DNA of 64,000 nucleotides from a virus (IMGVR_UViG_3300035698_013589:52033-116032); one strand, 5' to 3'. Shown: positions 39,800-50,945, counted from the first letter of the stretch. Notes: generated by a model not told the origin, from the sequence alone. A program made the numbers and translations.

Positions 39800-41139
39800 A
39801 AATGAAATTACCTGAACAAATAACAAACATCATGGCTCATATAATTAGTCATGGATACAAGGCGTATGTAGTTGGTGGTGCAATAAGAGATTTCAAGATG
39901 AATTTTGAACCACACGATTATGATATTTTCACAAATGCCAGAGGAGAAGAATTGCTGCAACTTTTTCCAGATGGTCATGTTATTGGAAATGAAGAACGAC
40001 AGAACAAGATTTTAACCGTAATGGTTGATGATGTAGAGGTATCTACTTTCAGGCTTAACGGCGACAGAACTGAAATTGGTAACACGCTTGAAGACCATCA
40101 AAAGACTTGTGATTTCACAATGAACTCTATTGCTTGTGATATTAATGGAACTATTGATTTAGAGAATCCTTACAATGAACAAGGAGTTAAAGACATTGCA
40201 GGTAACATGCTAAGGTTTGTTGGTGAAGCTAAAGATAGGATTGAAGAAGACCAATTGAGGATATTGCGAGGACTTAGATTCTTGTTAAAATATAACATGA
40301 TGTGTGATAAAAACACAATGAACTTATTAGAACATCATGAAGTAGATGTTCCTAAAGAACGAATCAGAGAAGAACTTTTGAAGATATTTTCATTAAATCT
40401 TTATAGTGGTTTTTTAAGATTCATATTAAGATTTATGCCTAAATGTATGGCTCATTCACAGAATTTTTCATCAGGCGGAAAATGGCATGATGAAATGCCT
40501 TATGCACATTTTGAAAGTTCTTTTTTAGAGGTATCTAAGATAACATCAAACCCATTATTAAGAATGGCAGTGTTATTACATGATTCAGGAAAAGGTATCA
40601 CAAGAACTGAAGATGACGGCGAAGTTCATTTTTATGAGCATCAAAAAGTTGGTGCTGATGAAGTTAGAGCATGGATGAATGAACATAAATTTAGTAATGA
40701 TGATATTAATTATGTAACTACATTTATCTATAATCATATGCATGGATATGCAGAGAAAGAACCAAGTAAGAAATCATACATCAAATTGTTTGTTGCTCTT
40801 GATGGTGCAGGTATTTCGATAGAAGAATATGTAATGCATCTTTATGGAGATAATCAAGGTAATCATGCTAAACCAAGAATCAAGTTTGGTGATTTTGTTA
40901 AAGATAGTTTATACATCAAAAAGTATTATGAACTTAAATTCACAAATGAACCTTTCAAAATACATGACATGGAAATCTCTGGAAAAGATTTGATTGAAAA
41001 ACATGGAATGAAAGCAGGTAAACAACTTGGTGGCGTATTGAAAGAGATTTTTAATTTGATACTTGAAGGCGATTTGAAGAACGAAAAAGCTGAACTTAAT
41101 AATTATGTGAAGACAAAGGTGATTCCAAATGGAAAGTGA
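39787..41139 (+). CDS. cca: class II tRNA nucleotidyltransferase (CCA-adding enzyme) with C-terminal HD domain
   Basis: GGAIRD head motif, DYDIFT, TFRLNGDR, ERIREE; HD motif LLHDSGKG. Confidence 0.8.
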   Translation: MERLKMKLPEQITNIMAHIISHGYKAYVVGGAIRDFKMNFEPHDYDIFTNARGEELLQLFPDGHVIGNEERQNKILTVMVDDVEVSTFRLNGDRTEIGNTLEDHQKTCDFTMNSIACDINGTIDLENPYNEQGVKDIAGNMLRFVGEAKDRIEEDQLRILRGLRFLLKYNMMCDKNTMNLLEHHEVDVPKERIREELLKIFSLNLYSGFLRFILRFMPKCMAHSQNFSSGGKWHDEMPYAHFESSFLEVSKITSNPLLRMAVLLHDSGKGITRTEDDGEVHFYEHQKVGADEVRAWMNEHKFSNDDINYVTTFIYNHMHGYAEKEPSKKSYIKLFVALDGAGISIEEYVMHLYGDNQGNHAKPRIKFGDFVKDSLYIKKYYELKFTNEPFKIHDMEISGKDLIEKHGMKAGKQLGGVLKEIFNLILEGDLKNEKAELNNYVKTKVIPNGK

Positions 41140-41515
41140 AATAGAATACAAACAATTTGTTGTAGTGCCTAAACATCCTAAGATGAGTACTGGTAAGATT
41201 GCAAGTCAAGTGGCTCATGCTACTTTTATGGCTCTATCTAAGAATGAAGATGGTATAATCAAAGGATGGAAAAAATCAGGAATGTGTGTTATTGTGCTTG
41301 AATGCCCAACACAAACAGAACTTATGGGTATTGCTAAATATTGTGAACAATGGGATATTCCACATCATATTTATATTGATGAAGGTATGACTGAAATACC
41401 TATGGGAACAGCAACAGCATTTGCAACAGGTGTAGTGCCTAAACATCAACATTGGATGTTTGGTCAATTAAAATTATTCACTGATAAAAAAATCAAAAAA
41501 AGAACATTTTTTTAA
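41129..41515 (+). CDS. pth2: peptidyl-tRNA hydrolase Pth2 (archaeo-eukaryotic type), copy 1
   Basis: FVVVPKHPKMSTGKIASQVAHA ... CVIVLE ... IDEGMTEIPMGTATAFA matches PTH2 fold signature. Confidence 0.8.
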   Translation: MESEIEYKQFVVVPKHPKMSTGKIASQVAHATFMALSKNEDGIIKGWKKSGMCVIVLECPTQTELMGIAKYCEQWDIPHHIYIDEGMTEIPMGTATAFATGVVPKHQHWMFGQLKLFTDKKIKKRTFF

Positions 41516-41521
41516 TTCAAC

Positions 41522-41863
41522 ATGGCACTATCATTAAAAGAAGCAAAAAAACTTGGAAATCAGTTTGCTGAAGAGTTGCAGGAAGAGTTTAAAGCTGAAC
41601 TTTCATGGTGGTTTGTCGGCTCAATAAAGGAAGGCAAATATAATGCAGGAACTTCCGATATTGATATGGTCATAATTCCAAAACATGAAGGGATGTTTGG
41701 TTATGAAGCAATAAAACGTGTTCTTGCAAAGATGGAAGAATACAAAAAATACGGAATGGTTTTTAAGAAAGGTAGAGACATTTCACTGATTGATGTAGTA
41801 ATATTTTTAAACTTAGAAACCGTAAATACTATTAGAAAAATGAACAAGGAAGTGAAAAAATGA
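41522..41863 (+). CDS. minimal nucleotidyltransferase (Pol beta superfamily MNT domain)
   Basis: GSIKEGKYNAGTSDIDMVI = GSx9-13 DxD signature. Confidence 0.55.
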   Translation: MALSLKEAKKLGNQFAEELQEEFKAELSWWFVGSIKEGKYNAGTSDIDMVIIPKHEGMFGYEAIKRVLAKMEEYKKYGMVFKKGRDISLIDVVIFLNLETVNTIRKMNKEVKK

Positions 41864-42004
41864 ATAAATTTCATTGCTTTAATTGTAAGCTATGGCACAA
41901 CGTAGAAGGTAATCAGGAAGAAGGTATGGTAAGTATCGTAAAATGTCCAAATTGCAAAAGTTTAAATAGTATTAATATTTAATCTTATTAAATAAGAGTG
42001 GTAT

Positions 42005-42385
42005 ATGATGAGAACAGGAGAAGACAAAGGATTTGACAAACTAAAGTTGGTGTGTTACATATTCGGTACTTTATTTGGACTCATGGCGTTAGGCATTCAT
42101 TTCTTTGGATTACCAAATTTTACAAATTTAGAAGAGCAAAGAGAGTTCTGTTTAGAAAATAATGGCATGATTATAGAACCAACAAGAGATAATCATAATA
42201 TAATGCTTTGTGGATTTAATCATGACGGCATGTTAGTTGAGTATGCAATGGATGAAGTGGTCAATGAAGAATGGGCTGAAGCAGTCGGTTTTGAAGTTGG
42301 TGATTATTGTTTTGGTTGTTGGGATTCTAATTCTTGTGGTTCGCCACATAATAATATTTTAAGAGAAGCAGGGGTGCATTGTTAA
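42005..42385 (+). CDS. membrane-anchored Cys-rich protein
   Basis: ORF in track. Confidence 0.4.
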   Translation: MMRTGEDKGFDKLKLVCYIFGTLFGLMALGIHFFGLPNFTNLEEQREFCLENNGMIIEPTRDNHNIMLCGFNHDGMLVEYAMDEVVNEEWAEAVGFEVGDYCFGCWDSNSCGSPHNNILREAGVHC

Positions 42386-42861
42386 TGGACGATAAATATT
42401 GTAAAGCTAAATGTCAAAATTGTGGTGATGAAGTTACAATTTTAAAAAATCATCCTTATTTTGGGATTTTATGTTCCAAATGTATGAAGGGTGGAAAGGT
42501 GTATTCAAAATGAATTGTAATAAATGCGGGAAGAGAATTATAGGTGCGGCAGTTATGTCGCCGACAACAGTTGAATCAGAAAGACAAATGTGTCCTAAAT
42601 GTGCAAAGAAAGTAATGGGTATGCATACATTTCATATTCAAGGTGGTGGTGATTCTGATGTAGGTCTTGCTGACACAGATGCACAGGTTATGATAGTAGA
42701 TAACATGGATTGGACTGAAGATATGAAAAAGGAAATGAAGTCGCTTCTAAGCGAGTTTTATGATGTTCCACAAGATTGCGTTGAAACTGATGAAGAGTAT
42801 GAAAAATTACTTGAATATGAAAGAGAAATGGAAGCGAAAGTTGAAGCTGAAGAGGTCAAAA

Positions 42862-43362
42862 ATGAAAACAATAACTGATGTAGTAAAATTATTAGGTAAA
42901 ACTAAACATAATGGAATAGCTGAACTAAGTCAAGCAGTCTATGAGAAATGCAAAGAATTTGGTATTGAAAAAACAAAAGCCAAGAGAGAAATCACAATTT
43001 TAATTGTTGATAAAACAGTAAGAAGTATTTTGAGCTGTATCAAGACAGGAAAGGGAAAATGGGAGCAATGGTCGTATAGACATGGTAAGAATTATATCAA
43101 ACTCTATGACAACGCAGTTGTGGACATATTAAGCGCCAATAAGACCACTTTGGAAGCATTTGAATATGTTGATGCACCTGAGATTAAAGTGCGTGTAAAC
43201 CCTAAGAAAGAGGGTGTGGACGCAGAACCATTTTACCATGTGTGCAAGACATTATCTGAAGCACAAGAGTATTATGAAAAAGAAGAATTTACGACAGGGA
43301 TATTCGTAGCAGTTGGCAATATTATTATCCCATTAGATGATATTGAAAAACGAAACATTTAA
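42862..43362 (+). CDS. hypothetical protein
   Basis: ATG 42862 preferred over track start inside upstream gene. Confidence 0.4.
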   Translation: MKTITDVVKLLGKTKHNGIAELSQAVYEKCKEFGIEKTKAKREITILIVDKTVRSILSCIKTGKGKWEQWSYRHGKNYIKLYDNAVVDILSANKTTLEAFEYVDAPEIKVRVNPKKEGVDAEPFYHVCKTLSEAQEYYEKEEFTTGIFVAVGNIIIPLDDIEKRNI

Positions 43363-43459
43363 ATATATGTTGTATTATACTAATTAATACAACACATATA
43401 TTAAATTACATATAAGAAAATAACGGTCAAATATGACAAGATATACGAGGTAGAACAAA
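43350..43459 (+). promoter_or_regulatory. promoter copy with 10-bp IR TGTTGTATTA-n7-TAATACAACA at start-site region
   Basis: consensus cgaaaCATTTAAATATA at 43351-43367; IR 43368-43394. Confidence 0.5.
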
Positions 43460-43795
43460 TGGAAGACATATTAGAATACACTGAAATACAAGGTTTCAAC
43501 AACGAAGACATCGTGCCAGACATCGACCCACAAGGGATTATTGATGATATTTTAGGCACAGATACGGAGTGAGGTAAAACAAAATGGAAGAAAGAAAATT
43601 GACCAACATTGAGATGTTTTTAATGTTTGTAGGACTTGCATGTCTAATTCTTGCAGTAGGATACCAAAATATAATTCTTGGTGGAGTATTTGCAGTATGT
43701 GGATTTTTTGTAGTTGCAAGTATCGTTCTTAGACGAAGCAAACAGAAAAAACAAGAAGAAGAAGGCGACAAAGAATTTTATTAAGATGAGATAAA

Positions 43796-44659
43796 ATGGA
43801 AAAATCAAGAAGGTTTGTTATAGGCGACATTCACGGCAGATTTAATCCTTTGAAAAAAGTATTAAAATTAGCCAAGTTCGATAAGGACAAGGATTTATTA
43901 ATTGTTCTTGGAGATATAGTGGATGGTGGTTTTAATACTGACAAAGTGTTAGAGCAGTTGTTGAAAATTAAAAATGTTGTGTTTATAACAGGCAACCATG
44001 ACCAATGGTTTATTGATTACACCTTTAAGGGTAGAACACCATCAGAATGGATTAATCAGGGTGGTGCTAATACTCTCAATAGTTATGGTGGAAAAGTAAT
44101 TCCAGGGAAACGGTTTCGAGATAAACCCATTTTAATTGATGTTAATGGTGTGAAAATACCAAAGAAACATATAGAATTTTTTGCGAATAGATTGTATTAT
44201 TTTGAGTTTGAGGGAATGTTGTTTGTGCATGGTGGGTATGACCCATCAAAACCGATAGCAGAACAAACACATGACATTTTGTTATGGGACAGGGATTTGA
44301 TAGCATTTGCAGGTCATTCAAAGATTCCAAAGTATGAAAAAGTTTTCATAGGTCACACAACAACACAACACATTGAAAGAGAATGGGTTAATTATAAATG
44401 TCGTGATTGTGAAAAAGAATGGTCATTAGAAATTAACACATTTGAAGATTTGCGTAATAGCAAACAAGATATTTCTTGTGAAAAATGTAGTTCAACAAAC
44501 ATATTTCAGGCGTTAGGATGTGTGAATCCAATAAAGATTGGTAATTTATTTTGTTTAGATACAGGGGCAGGATGGAATGGAAAATTATCCATCATGGATA
44601 TTGATTCAGAAGAATTTTATCAGTCGGAATTACAAGAACCAGCGATAACAAAAGAGTGA
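43796..44659 (+). CDS. PPP-family metallophosphatase (calcineurin-like) with C-terminal zinc ribbon
   Basis: GDIHG, GDIVDGG, GNHD motifs; CRDC...CEKC. Confidence 0.8.
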   Translation: MEKSRRFVIGDIHGRFNPLKKVLKLAKFDKDKDLLIVLGDIVDGGFNTDKVLEQLLKIKNVVFITGNHDQWFIDYTFKGRTPSEWINQGGANTLNSYGGKVIPGKRFRDKPILIDVNGVKIPKKHIEFFANRLYYFEFEGMLFVHGGYDPSKPIAEQTHDILLWDRDLIAFAGHSKIPKYEKVFIGHTTTQHIEREWVNYKCRDCEKEWSLEINTFEDLRNSKQDISCEKCSSTNIFQALGCVNPIKIGNLFCLDTGAGWNGKLSIMDIDSEEFYQSELQEPAITKE

Positions 44660-44907
44660 GTAGGAGGACAAGCAAATGGAAAAGTTTATGGCAATAGTGT
44701 ATAAGGAAATGGAATTGATACAACTTAAAAGTTCTGAAGAATTAGATAATTTATATCAAATCATTGAAAGTGAAGAAAATTTTATTTTACAATGGACTGA
44801 AGGGGAGAAATTAAAATCAGAAGTAATCATAGTAACGAATATCTCCAGTAAAGTAAAAACAGGAGAAATGAAATTAACTGCTCAAGAGCAGAACGGAGGA
44901 AAATAGA

Positions 44908-46317
44908 ATGATACCATTAATATTAATAGGAATTGGAATAGTAATTTTAATCGCAATTATATGCTCATTTGCATGGTATAGAATTGTAGACCCAAGTGAA
45001 GCACATTTGGTAGTAACACCATCAGGAAAATTTGTAGTATCACCTGACGAGAAAGTTGGAGAACGAAGAACATATTTCGCAATTCCAAGTTGGTTGCCAT
45101 TTGTCGGTAGAGCAATTAGAATCATGGATGTAACAATCAAAGAAATTCTAATTGAACAAGAAACAATTGAAAAGAATCAAGCAAGATACAGCGTTAAATC
45201 ATCTACAAAATATAGAGTTAAAGATGTTAAAGTTTCAGCAGAAACATTCATTAGTGATAAAGACCTACAAGAACAATTAAAAGAAATTGTTAGAGCAGGT
45301 GTAAGAGCAATCTCGGTTCAGTATGATGTTGTTGATGCAAGAGGAAACAAAAGAGACATTGAGAAAAAAATCAGAGAAGAAATTGTTGATGACTTACAAA
45401 AATGGGGTCTTGAATTAATTAACTTCCAGTTAGTTGAATTTAAAGATACTGCAGATAGTAAGATTATTTCTAACATATCACGAAGAAGTGAAGTAGAAAT
45501 TGAAGCAAGAACAAGAGAACAGAATGCTGAAAAATTAAAACAAGCTAAAATTAAAGAAGCTGAAGCTGACGAAAAATCAAAAGAAAGAGAAATTGCAAGA
45601 GATAAAGTAGTTGGTGAGAAAGAAGAGAACAAGAAACAAGCTATCGCCGAACAGCAAAAAATTGCTGAAGAAAAACGATTTGCAGTTGTTCAAGTTCAAG
45701 TAATTAAACAAGCTGAAATTGACAAAGAAAAAGCAATTGTTTTAGCAAACCAAAACAAAGAAACTGAAACTATCAACAAGGAACAGAAAAGACTTGAAGG
45801 AGAGGGTGACAGACTTAGAGCAGAAGAAGTTGCTAAGGGAGATGCCGCACCAATCTTACAGAAAGGTCTAGCTGAAGCTAAAGCAAAAGAAGCACTTCAG
45901 GAAGCTTTAAACAAGTTTGGTGATGATGCAATCAGAGCATTAGTTGCAGAGAAAGTTGTAGCTATGCAGGAAGTTGTTGGAGTTGAAACCGCTAAAGCAC
46001 TTATGAATGCTGATGTAAAAGTATTCGCAGGTGGCGGAAAAGCAGGAGAAGAAGGCTTTGAACTTGGTAAGATGATTCAGTCTATGGCTGTATCAAATTC
46101 CACAACAGCAGATGCAGTTCTGAATAAGATTGCAAGACCAAATGATTTGGGTCTTTCAGTGTTAGGTTTAGAATCTTTGAAAGATAAATCAGACAAAAAG
46201 GCAGAAGGAAAGGCTGATTTTGTGAAAAAATCACAAAAACAACCTAAACAGAGGCCAAATCAAGCTGAGTTAGCATCAAGGAATCAAAAACCTATGGGGA
46301 ACAAAAATAAGGCTTAA
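44908..46317 (+). CDS. flotillin-like SPFH/band-7 protein
   Basis: N-terminal TM, SPFH core, long EA-rich coiled coil. Confidence 0.7.
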   Translation: MIPLILIGIGIVILIAIICSFAWYRIVDPSEAHLVVTPSGKFVVSPDEKVGERRTYFAIPSWLPFVGRAIRIMDVTIKEILIEQETIEKNQARYSVKSSTKYRVKDVKVSAETFISDKDLQEQLKEIVRAGVRAISVQYDVVDARGNKRDIEKKIREEIVDDLQKWGLELINFQLVEFKDTADSKIISNISRRSEVEIEARTREQNAEKLKQAKIKEAEADEKSKEREIARDKVVGEKEENKKQAIAEQQKIAEEKRFAVVQVQVIKQAEIDKEKAIVLANQNKETETINKEQKRLEGEGDRLRAEEVAKGDAAPILQKGLAEAKAKEALQEALNKFGDDAIRALVAEKVVAMQEVVGVETAKALMNADVKVFAGGGKAGEEGFELGKMIQSMAVSNSTTADAVLNKIARPNDLGLSVLGLESLKDKSDKKAEGKADFVKKSQKQPKQRPNQAELASRNQKPMGNKNKA

Positions 46318-46340
46318 TTGCCTTAATTTTTTTATTTTTT

Positions 46341-46586
46341 ATGTCGCCTACACTGAGAAGAACATTATCTTTATTGATATTTACCATATTTAATTTAGTT
46401 GCAATCGTAGTATTACATTTGGGAGTATCAAACAAGAAGATAGTGTTTATAGGAACAATATCAATCATAATAATTCATGCATTAGAGTTAATTCATATAA
46501 CACATATGCAAGATTCATATGGTAATTTTAATATAAAAATACCATTACCGCCAAAACCAACAAACGATAAAAATGGACATAAATAA
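46341..46586 (+). CDS. small membrane protein
   Basis: TM helices. Confidence 0.4.
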   Translation: MSPTLRRTLSLLIFTIFNLVAIVVLHLGVSNKKIVFIGTISIIIIHALELIHITHMQDSYGNFNIKIPLPPKPTNDKNGHK

Positions 46587-46791
46587 TCCAAAAGACCGAA
46601 AGAATAGAGTAGAGCAGTTGCAGATATTCAACATAATACTATCTATATCAATGGCGATATACTATAGTAAAACTGGAGATATTAGATGGCCTGCATGGTT
46701 TTGGTTATTCAATATGATTATCAATATTGTATGGTTTGTAGGCAATTCACAGAGGCAAGGGAGGTTAAAACATGAAATCCAAAAAGGGTAG
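46573..46791 (+). CDS. small membrane protein
   Basis: TM helices. Confidence 0.4.
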   Translation: MDINNPKDRKNRVEQLQIFNIILSISMAIYYSKTGDIRWPAWFWLFNMIINIVWFVGNSQRQGRLKHEIQKG

Positions 46792-47143
46792 TGTAGAAGT
46801 ATGGGTAATAGGCATTTTCCTAATACTGTTAGCAATATCATTAGTATATAATGTAATTTATGCTTTCACATCAGGAAGCGAATCAATTACGATAGAAGAG
46901 AAGTGGGTTAAGTATAAAGGAGATAAAGCGAAATATCTTGTATCGACCACAAACGACCAAGTGTTTGAGATTTCAGATACTTGGATAAAAGGTAGATGGG
47001 ATAGTTCAAATCTTTATGCTAAACTTAAAGAAGGTCAAACATGTAAATTAGAAACTCAAGGCTGGCGTTTTCCGTTTTTGAGTGATTATAAAAATATAAT
47101 TACTGCAGAATGTAACGAAGCCATTGAGATGATAATACCATGA
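46772..47143 (+). CDS. membrane-anchored protein
   Basis: N-terminal TM. Confidence 0.4.
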   Translation: MKSKKGSVEVWVIGIFLILLAISLVYNVIYAFTSGSESITIEEKWVKYKGDKAKYLVSTTNDQVFEISDTWIKGRWDSSNLYAKLKEGQTCKLETQGWRFPFLSDYKNIITAECNEAIEMIIP

Positions 47144-48195
47144 ATCAACAAGAAAAGTTAAGACAAAGAAGACTTGAGCAAGAAGAAAAGCTTACACAAC
47201 GGCGTGCCGATTTAGGCATTGCAGGTCGTACAAAAAGGTTCTTTTTTGAAAAGAAAGAACAAGAAAAAATCATTGAGGATGTTCCTGTTGAAGATGTTGA
47301 AAGAGTTTTAGAAGAAAATCAAATTCAAGCTGAAGAACTTAAAAAAATTACTGAAGCGCCACCTGGCGAATCATCAGAAGAAAAAGTAAATAGGCTTAAA
47401 GTTGTTAGAACAAAGATTTTCATAAAACATAAAAAGGTCATCAACGATAGATATTCAGAAGCAACAAAAACACTTGATACTGAGTTTGGAAGAAGATTAA
47501 CTGAAGCTGAAACTGAGTATAAAGATACGATTAAAAGTCATAAGGAAGATTTAAAACAAGCTATTGAAGATGCTTATGATGTTAGCGATAAACGAGAAGC
47601 AAGAAATAATAATCGTGAATCCGTTGAGGAAGAAACTCAAGGGCATGAAGAAAATAAAGAAGCTATCGTTGAAGAACATAAAGGAAGTTTGAAAGAGTTA
47701 AAAGAAGAGCTTGAAACTAAACTTAAAGAACTTCAACAATCATTTGACAATGATATGTCAGATATTCAAGATGATACTTTTGGTGAAGCTGATATTCAAG
47801 AATGTAATAAAGAATTTGAAGCTGAAACTATCACATTTGATACACTTGAAGAATATGATTCAGGCGATGATAATTCCGATGATGATGATGATTCAAGCAG
47901 TTCAAGTTATTCAAGAGATTACAGCAGTTCAGGGCCAAACATATTTAGTATGGTGATTGGACTTATTGGGATTGCGATTGTCCTTATGGTAGGATTTACT
48001 GTTGTTAATAGTGTCACAGATGCACTAGAAGACTCAGGACAAATGACAAATTCAACAATGGAAGGAATGACATCAATATCATCATTGTTTGGTGGATTAA
48101 ATCAAACAGCATTATTGTTATTATTAGCACCATTAGGTCTTGTAATATTTTTTCAGATATTCAAGATTTTTGGTGGTAGAGGAGGATACATGTGA
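47140..48195 (+). CDS. acidic coiled-coil protein with C-terminal TM anchors
   Basis: E/K-rich, DDDDDSSSSS tract, hydrophobic C-terminus. Confidence 0.5.
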   Translation: MNQQEKLRQRRLEQEEKLTQRRADLGIAGRTKRFFFEKKEQEKIIEDVPVEDVERVLEENQIQAEELKKITEAPPGESSEEKVNRLKVVRTKIFIKHKKVINDRYSEATKTLDTEFGRRLTEAETEYKDTIKSHKEDLKQAIEDAYDVSDKREARNNNRESVEEETQGHEENKEAIVEEHKGSLKELKEELETKLKELQQSFDNDMSDIQDDTFGEADIQECNKEFEAETITFDTLEEYDSGDDNSDDDDDSSSSSYSRDYSSSGPNIFSMVIGLIGIAIVLMVGFTVVNSVTDALEDSGQMTNSTMEGMTSISSLFGGLNQTALLLLLAPLGLVIFFQIFKIFGGRGGYM

Positions 48196-48403
48196 TACCA
48201 GACTTAAAACGATTTGGAAGATATTGGGCAACATTACTAATTGCAAAAGAATTTTTGTATTTACTATTTGCCTTTGTTTTCAAGATTAGCATAAACATTG
48301 ACCATATTAGATGGACGATAGGAATTAGTTTTATTGGGGCATGGATTTGGTATGGTATTTGGTATGTAGAACATTCTGATAAAGACGAGGGGAGTAAAAC
48401 ACA

Positions 48404-48652
48404 ATGAAAACACCGATATGGATGAGATTTATACTTCATATAGAGAGCGACAACATGAGCAGATTATCATTCAAGATGGATGTGACATATTCACATTTAT
48501 CAAAAACAGCAAAAGAAATGGAAGCTAAAGGATGGTTAACAAGAATTAAACGTGGACGAGTTAATCAGTTTGCGTTAACACAAAAAGGTATTGAAATGCG
48601 ACAAGCTTGTCAAATAATAGCACAAGAAATTGGTAACGCATATCTAAAATGA
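48404..48652 (+). CDS. winged-helix transcription regulator (MarR/TrmB-like)
   Basis: SHLSKTAKEMEAKGWLTRIKRGRVNQFALTQKG. Confidence 0.45.
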   Translation: MKTPIWMRFILHIESDNMSRLSFKMDVTYSHLSKTAKEMEAKGWLTRIKRGRVNQFALTQKGIEMRQACQIIAQEIGNAYLK

Positions 48653-49005
48653 CATACACACATAAGTTAGTTGTTGTCGTTGATAACAACGTAAAGATGC
48701 CAAAGGGTAAACTTGCAAGAGAAGTAGCTGGAGCTGTGACACATGTAATTATGTATCATTGGAGCTTTTTTAAGTTTGCATCAATGCTTGCTTGGTATAA
48801 GAATGGCATGAAAACTGTCGTGCTTAAAACAGATGACATGGGTAAATTTATGGAAGATTTAAAGGTGTTTAGGATAAAACATTTTCCTATGGTAGATGCA
48901 GGTGACACAGTATTTGATGGTGTTGCAACAATGACTTGTATTGGGTTTCCTATCTGTAAAGAAGAGAAAACACCAGTAATATTACAGGAGTTAAAATTAT
49001 TATAA
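48649..49005 (+). CDS. pth2: peptidyl-tRNA hydrolase Pth2, copy 2
   Basis: KLVVVVDNNVKMPKGKLAREVAGA ... KTVVLK ... DAGDTVF...TMTCIGFP. Confidence 0.7.
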   Translation: MTYTHKLVVVVDNNVKMPKGKLAREVAGAVTHVIMYHWSFFKFASMLAWYKNGMKTVVLKTDDMGKFMEDLKVFRIKHFPMVDAGDTVFDGVATMTCIGFPICKEEKTPVILQELKLL

Positions 49006-49714
49006 AATGGTATCAGAAGCAACTAAGAAACGCTGGAAGCAGAATGAAGAGTTAGCTAAAGAGGAGAAGGAAAAGGTTATTGATTTCATATTATTTTTAA
49101 TGGAAAAATATGACCTTGATGGGATAAATCCTTTGGAATTAAAATGACTAAAATATTAGAATATTTACGGAAATTGAAAGGTCACAAGACACTCAGAAAT
49201 GTATTTGTTTGGAGAGTGGTCGGTGGTATAGAAATGGCATTTAATTTCATATATAAAATAACAGTTCCTCTTATTCCAGCTATAGTATTTTTCATAATTG
49301 GTCAGGATTTTCTTGGAATTATATTACTTATCTGTGGAATGTTAAGAATCATATACGGAGCATTCAATAGATACTCAATCAAAGAGATTTGGCTTTTAAT
49401 GAGATGGAAGCGTGAAGGCAGATGATTGAAGAAATATTAGAAGGAATTGTAGCATTTTGGGATATGATAACAAGTATATTCAAGAGGGATGATGATGACT
49501 GAGAAGAAACCACGGACATATGTAAATAGAGTATTAGTGAAACAATTAGAGAATGAAGTGCAATGCGCACTTGGTGAAAATTTTGGGATTAGAAAAGGCA
49601 TAGAAGCAATGAACACTTTAATTGCAAAAAATAAAAGACGTATTAAAAAAATACAGGATAGAATTAAAGACGAGAAAAAGGGAACTCTTAGAGGAACTCC
49701 AATAGAACTTAAAA

Positions 49715-50032
49715 ATGATAATAGCAATAAATGATAACAAATGTTGGGTGTGTGATAAAACAAAAGGTGTTACAATGCATCACGCTATTCCTCAACATAT
49801 CAAACCTAAACAGAATATCATGATACCAATTTGTAGAGGATGCCATGATAAAATACATTATGATGATGTCACAGGCATGTATTCATATCTTCATAAGATA
49901 GAAAAAGTGTTTGAAGATGGTGGACGAAACATATCAATTTTGAAGAAAATGCTTGGTGAAAATACTAAATATAAACAAGATTTAGAGAAACTTATGAAAG
50001 GAAAAAAAGTAAGTTTGAGTGGTCAAAAATGA
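49715..50032 (+). CDS. HNH endonuclease
   Basis: CWVCDK...HHAIPQH...CRGCHDKIH. Confidence 0.65.
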   Translation: MIIAINDNKCWVCDKTKGVTMHHAIPQHIKPKQNIMIPICRGCHDKIHYDDVTGMYSYLHKIEKVFEDGGRNISILKKMLGENTKYKQDLEKLMKGKKVSLSGQK

Positions 50033-50672
50033 AGTCTCAAATATTTATGCAAATATTTATGATGTGTTTATCTGTATTTATAGTAGGATTAGTTGGATTT
50101 TTTGTAACTGATGCTATGTTGGATTCAGCAGTTGGTGAACATTATACTGAAGAAAAATGGTTTGCTGCAGAACAAATACATTGTGTATCACAAGGCATGG
50201 AAGCTGTTGAATATGTAGGACAGAATTGTGGATTGTTTGGTTGTATTGATGTTGAGAAAACTAAATGTGTTGGAACTAATAGAGAAAAATTGATTGATTA
50301 TGATGATAAGATTTTTTGCAAATATAAACTTGCAGGAGATTATGGATGGTGCTAAAATGGTAGAAAATATAAAAGGAATATATGATATTAGTGGAATGGG
50401 AGAAGGTTATGAAGAAGCATGTCAAACAATGCTTCAGTCAGGATATGAATGGTTAGTTGAGAACGGCAAAGAAGCTGATTTAAAGGCTACTACAATTAAG
50501 AATGTTTATGGTATCCTAACACCAGAAAGTGACGATGCTAAGGCTTTATCAAAGGCTGTGACATCTAAGGTAGACGATTGCTCAGGTGCTATGCATCAAG
50601 CAGTTATGGGACATTTATTTTTTATCAATAAAAACGGCATAACTAAGTGGAAAGAAGAAGTTCAAAAGAAGA

Positions 50673-50945
50673 ATGGAAAAAAAGACTAAGGCGAAAGTGT
50701 TCAGTATAATTACTATTGTAGTAATGGTAGTTATTATTACATTTGTACTTAGTATAATTATGCCAGGGCCAAATTGTTGTATGTGTGGAGACACAGCTAA
50801 CAAATGTTGTCCTTGTCCAAACCCAGAGCTTATTGATTTAGTTGAAGACCATACAGGTCAAAGAGCTTCATCAGCAGGGTCATGGTTATCAATGTGTGAA
50901 AAATATCAAAGAGATACTAACGACACAAGGATGTGTTTTGAGTAG
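50673..50945 (+). CDS. TM plus Cys-rich small protein
   Basis: ORF in track. Confidence 0.4.
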   Translation: MEKKTKAKVFSIITIVVMVVIITFVLSIIMPGPNCCMCGDTANKCCPCPNPELIDLVEDHTGQRASSAGSWLSMCEKYQRDTNDTRMCFE

